Shown piece by piece: positions 24,527 through 27,747 of a stretch of 27,747 nucleotides of DNA. The position numbers were made by a program, and so were the translations under genes. The notes under the pieces are model-generated. The model was given only the letters and a program-made list of their open reading frames with translations, did not search any database and was not told the DNA's origin. Origin of the DNA: Candidatus Binatia bacterium (GTDB lineage: Bacteria; Desulfobacterota; Binatia; UBA9968); contig DATFWH010000128.1 in assembly GCA_035259465.1 (NCBI GenBank), positions 1 through 27,747 on the forward strand, read 5' to 3'. Every line of letters begins with the position of its first letter. Positions within the stretch are counted from its first letter, which is position 1.

Positions 24527-26455
24527 TCAATCCTTCCACAGGTTGTTCGCCGCATACTTCAGGATCACGTCGACGCAGTTGGGGCAGTAGCCGTGATCGA
24601 GGAGGTTTTTCACCATCGCGCTGTATTTCTCGCTCTGCTCCTCGTCGCGGGTGCGGGCTTTCGTGATGATGCGGCTGATATCCCGAACCGACGTCATGAG
24701 TTTTTTCTCGATCGCCTCTTTCAGAGGCTCGTAGCTGCCGTAATCGATCTTTTCGCCGCGGCGATTCGCCGCCCATAGATACGCGATCACTTCCTGCCGG
24801 AAGCCGTCGGCGGCGGAGCCGATGATTGCGATCTGCTCCTCGATCGACTTCATGAAGCTCTCGTCGGGCGAGAGCTCTTCCTTCGTGTTGCGGTCCTTCA
24901 CCTTGCTTTTGTTGACGTAGGCTTCGGCGTGGTCGAGGTAGTTCTGGAACAGCGCCTCCGCCTGCTCCTGGTAGGAATAGACAAATGCTCGCGTGATCTC
25001 TTTCTCGAGCATCTCGAGGTATTCCTTGTGCAGCGTATCCTGCAAGAATTCGAGGTACTGCTTGCGCGTATCGTCGGGCAGGTCGGCCTCCTTCACCATA
25101 TTGGTGAGCGCCTCGCGGACATTGATCGGGTTGATGCAATTGCCGGTCGTGTTGTCGGAGAGCGCGTTGTCGAGAGCCTTCATGATGAAGCGCGTCGAGA
25201 TGCCGCTCATGCCCTCGCGCTTGGTCGCCTCGCGCAGCTCTTCCACGTCGACTTTCTTCGTGCGGCCTTTTTCGACCACCTCTTCGCCATTGTAAAGCTT
25301 GAGCTTGGTTACCAAGTCGCATTTGTTGGTCGGCTCGAGGCGCGAGAGAATCGCGAACATCGACGCGATGTCGAGGGTGTGCGGCGCGACGTGCGCTTTG
25401 AAGTCCGAGTGACGGATGATCTTCTGGTAAATCTTGATCTCCTCCGACAGCCGGAGATTGTAAGGCACCTTGACGACCACGATGCGGTCGAGGATCGCCT
25501 CGTTCGTGTGGTCGGCCTTGAACTTCTGCCATTCGGCTTCGTTCGAGTGCGCCACGATGACGGTGTCGACGTACACGAGGCCGTGCCGGCCGGGCGCCGG
25601 GATGACTTTTTCCTGTGTGGCGGTGATCATGCAGTGGAGATATTCGATTTCGTTTTTGAATACCTCGATGAACTCCACCATGCCCCGGTTGCCGATATTC
25701 AGCGCGCCGTTCAATTCGAGGACGCGCGGATCGCCTTCGGAATAAAGATCGAGCTTCGAGATGTCCTCGCTGCCGATCAAGACCGATGTGTCCTGGTTGT
25801 TCGGGTCGACCGGCGGCACCACGCCGAGGCCGACGCGCGCGCGCTTCGAGAACTCGATCGTCCCTACGGGGAATTCCTCGTAGCGGCCGTTGAATTCCGA
25901 TTTCAGGCGGAAGCGGCAGACGGGGCAGAGATCGCCCTCGATGTGGACGCCCAGCATCTTCTCGAATTCCTTCCGCAGGTGGCGCGGAATGAGATGCAGC
26001 GGCTCCTCGAACATCGGGCAGGCCTCGATGGCGAAAATCGGATCGCTCTCCTCGAGGCCGCGGTGCAGCTTCTCGACCAGCGAGCTTTTTCCCGAGCCGA
26101 CCGGTCCCATGAGGTAGAGAACTTGGCGGCTTTCCTCGCCTTTGAGCGAAGCGGCGTGGAAGTAGCGCACGATCTGCGCGATCGTCTTTTCGATGCCGAA
26201 GAATTCATCGATGAAGAAATTATAGACCTTCACCGATTCGTCTTTGTAAAGCCGCTTGATCCGCGGATCGTTGGTCTCCTGAATGTCGCCGACGCCGGGA
26301 CGCATGACGTTGTCGTACATGCGCGCGTGGGCGAGCTTGGCGGTTGAGGGATTTTCTTTGACCTTATCCAGATAGCCGAGCAGGTTGCCCTTCCAGGCCC
26401 GGACTTTGGTGAGGTCGCGGTCCTTGCGGATAAGCGACTCAAACTCTTGGTTCAT
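24527..26455 (-). CDS. prkA: PrkA/YeaG family AAA+ protein (annotated serine kinase)
   Basis: Walker A GPVGSGKSS, NRGMVEFIEVFK, LDRIVVVKVPYNL, EGMSGISTRF; SD AAAGGAGG. Confidence 0.95.
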   Translation of the reverse strand: MNQEFESLIRKDRDLTKVRAWKGNLLGYLDKVKENPSTAKLAHARMYDNVMRPGVGDIQETNDPRIKRLYKDESVKVYNFFIDEFFGIEKTIAQIVRYFHAASLKGEESRQVLYLMGPVGSGKSSLVEKLHRGLEESDPIFAIEACPMFEEPLHLIPRHLRKEFEKMLGVHIEGDLCPVCRFRLKSEFNGRYEEFPVGTIEFSKRARVGLGVVPPVDPNNQDTSVLIGSEDISKLDLYSEGDPRVLELNGALNIGNRGMVEFIEVFKNEIEYLHCMITATQEKVIPAPGRHGLVYVDTVIVAHSNEAEWQKFKADHTNEAILDRIVVVKVPYNLRLSEEIKIYQKIIRHSDFKAHVAPHTLDIASMFAILSRLEPTNKCDLVTKLKLYNGEEVVEKGRTKKVDVEELREATKREGMSGISTRFIMKALDNALSDNTTGNCINPINVREALTNMVKEADLPDDTRKQYLEFLQDTLHKEYLEMLEKEITRAFVYSYQEQAEALFQNYLDHAEAYVNKSKVKDRNTKEELSPDESFMKSIEEQIAIIGSAADGFRQEVIAYLWAANRRGEKIDYGSYEPLKEAIEKKLMTSVRDISRIITKARTRDEEQSEKYSAMVKNLLDHGYCPNCVDVILKYAANNLWKD

Positions 26456-26554
26456 TCCGATAGCTCCTCCTTTCGGAATGGATCCTCAAATGGAAAATTC
26501 AAAATGTTCGGATAAAAGAACCGATGGGCGACAGGTAGACTTTTAGTCGTCCTC

Positions 26555-26689
26555 TTAGCCATGGGAATCGTTGGCGAGCCGCTCGTCGTGACGGCTCCTG
26601 AGCCTTAAATCATAGCGAAGTTCGGTCGGATGGAGAAGAGGGAGCGGATCCGGAGGGAGTAACAACCAGAATCTCTTGAGGGCCTGCAA
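26555..26689 (-). CDS. Candidate 44-aa upstream ORF / leader peptide of prkA
   Basis: SD AAGGAGG (26702-26696), 6 nt, TTG: MQALKRFWLLLPPDPLPLLHPTELRYDLRLRSRHDERLANDSHG-TAA; below the ORF-track length cutoff. Confidence 0.4.
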   Translation of the reverse strand: MQALKRFWLLLPPDPLPLLHPTELRYDLRLRSRHDERLANDSHG

Positions 26690-26789
26690 CTAAAACCTCC
26701 TTCCCCTAAGGTCCCGGTCGGCACAATCAGGGCTCTAGTGATTCGACGAAGCGGAGGCTGAAAGCTTCAGATCGCCCTGATTCATGCCC

Positions 26790-26818
26790 ATTGAACCGCT
26801 AAATGCACACAATGTCAA
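26790..26818 (-). promoter_or_regulatory. Candidate sigma70 promoter for the prkA operon
   Basis: TTGACA (26818-26813), 17-nt spacer, TTCAAT (26795-26790). Confidence 0.5.
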
Positions 26819-26922
26819 GAAAATTTATCCTAACTTGTGATCCGGTACATACGATTCTGTGCTCGGGTGAAAACCCGAGGAGGATTTTTGTCCGCGCCTT
26901 GTATTAGTTGGCGTTCGGAGTC

Positions 26923-27747
26923 ATGATCGCGGCCGTGAAAACCGCCGCCGAGCGCACGGAAATTTCCATTGTCGTTCCATTTTACAACGAAGCTGAAAAT
27001 GTCGAGGCCCTGCACGCGCGTCTTGTGCCCGTACTCGAAAAAACCGGGAAGTCTTTCGAGATCGTGTACGTCGACGACGGCAGCCGCGACGGCACGACCG
27101 ATATTCTGCGGCGCCTTCATTCCGGCGATTCCCGCATTCGCGTGATTATCTTCAACCGCAACTACGGACAGCACGCCGCGGTTGCGGCGGGCTTGGACCG
27201 TACGCGAGGCGACGTCGTCGTCACGCTCGACGGCGATCTGCAAAATCCTCCCGAGGAAATTCCGAAGCTGCTCGAAAAAATAGACGAGGGCTACGACGTG
27301 GTCGGCGGTTGGCGCCAGCAGCGTGACGATTCGCCGCTCCGCATGATTTCTTCGCGAGCGGTAAACCGGATCGCTTCGCGTATCGTCGGAGTCGAAATGC
27401 AGGATTACGGCTGCATGTTGCGCGCCTATCGCCGCTCGGTAGTCGATCACCTGCGCGTCGGCGCCGAAAATTCCAGCTTCATGCCGGCGCTGGCGAATGC
27501 CTTTGCAGGCTCGGTGGCCGAGGTGCCCGTGTCTCACGCGCCGCGTCGATCGGGCGGTTCGAGATATACACTCCTCCGGCTTATGCGCATCAACTTCGAC
27601 CTGATCACCGGCTTTTCTTTGCTGCCCGTTCAGATCGTCGGCATCATCGGAGCGGCGGCCGCGGCGGGCGGAGCGTTCGTGGCTCTCGTCGTGGGCGCTT
27701 CCTGGCTCTTCTCCGGCGGGCCGATCGATCGCGGCGGGATGTTTTTC
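26923..27747 (+). CDS. GT2 polyprenol-phosphate glycosyltransferase (ArnC/GtrB-like); runs off the right edge
   Basis: Absent from ORF track (no stop in window); hand translation MIAAVKTAAERTEISIVVPFYNEAENV...VDDGSRDGT...FNRNYGQHAAVAAG...TLDGDLQNPPEEIP...DYGCMLRAY..., TM region begins at the edge; SD GGAG. Confidence 0.92.
   Translation, partial: MIAAVKTAAERTEISIVVPFYNEAENVEALHARLVPVLEKTGKSFEIVYVDDGSRDGTTDILRRLHSGDSRIRVIIFNRNYGQHAAVAAGLDRTRGDVVVTLDGDLQNPPEEIPKLLEKIDEGYDVVGGWRQQRDDSPLRMISSRAVNRIASRIVGVEMQDYGCMLRAYRRSVVDHLRVGAENSSFMPALANAFAGSVAEVPVSHAPRRSGGSRYTLLRLMRINFDLITGFSLLPVQIVGIIGAAAAAGGAFVALVVGASWLFSGGPIDRGGMFF

Noticed and set aside
26628-26658. Six GGA triplets on the plus strand, suggestive of a CsrA/RsmA sponge sRNA
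   Set aside because: Not arranged in ANGGA hairpin loops, no plus-strand promoter or terminator seen; more simply the complement of the CU-rich leader tract.
26820-26830. AAAATTTATCC also present near 4072 and 4112, considered as a shared regulator site
   Set aside because: Two of the three copies come from one local duplication, and A/T runs are common in intergenic DNA here.
26455-26830. Assignment of the prkA leader to 6S RNA, yybP-ykoY, c-di-GMP, c-di-AMP, glycine or SAM riboswitches
   Set aside because: Only short fragments resemble these consensuses; core motifs are missing. An Rfam scan is needed.
26830-27537. 235-aa minus-strand ORF in the ORF track
   Set aside because: Antisense shadow of the plus-strand GT2 gene, which has clear family motifs.

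Overview
GC-rich bacterial chromosomal window, standard genetic code. No mobile element, rRNA, tRNA or CRISPR array is recognisable. Gene content (NMT1-type binding proteins, LLM oxidoreductase, UbiD and Cox-type modules, sigma32, PrkA-YeaH-SpoVR) resembles a deltaproteobacterial lineage such as Ca. Binatia; this taxonomy is inference only. Order: NitT/TauT ABC genes; five minus-strand exported proteins (SMP-30 lipoprotein, hypothetical, MBL hydrolase, class II cytochrome c, peroxiredoxin); penicillin-acylase remnant; GST; DinB; LLM; RidA; small orphan; SBP; ferritin-like protein; rpoZ; rpoH; coxG/M/S-like genes with no large subunit; UbiD; NEW3-ABC trio; trmL; dtd; lgt; aroE; spoVR-yeaH-prkA; partial GT2. 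The best signal is missed by the ORF track. The 69-aa ORF at 4935..5144 reads through an in-frame TGA at the peroxidatic-Cys position and has a SECIS-like hairpin behind it. This gives a 182-aa signal-peptide-bearing selenocysteine peroxiredoxin, 23 bp upstream of a c556-type cytochrome. Other highlights are a complete sigma54/IHF/UAS promoter in front of a 67-aa orphan and a ~330-nt structured prkA leader with a 44-aa uORF. All family calls come from motif recognition by eye, with no database searches.
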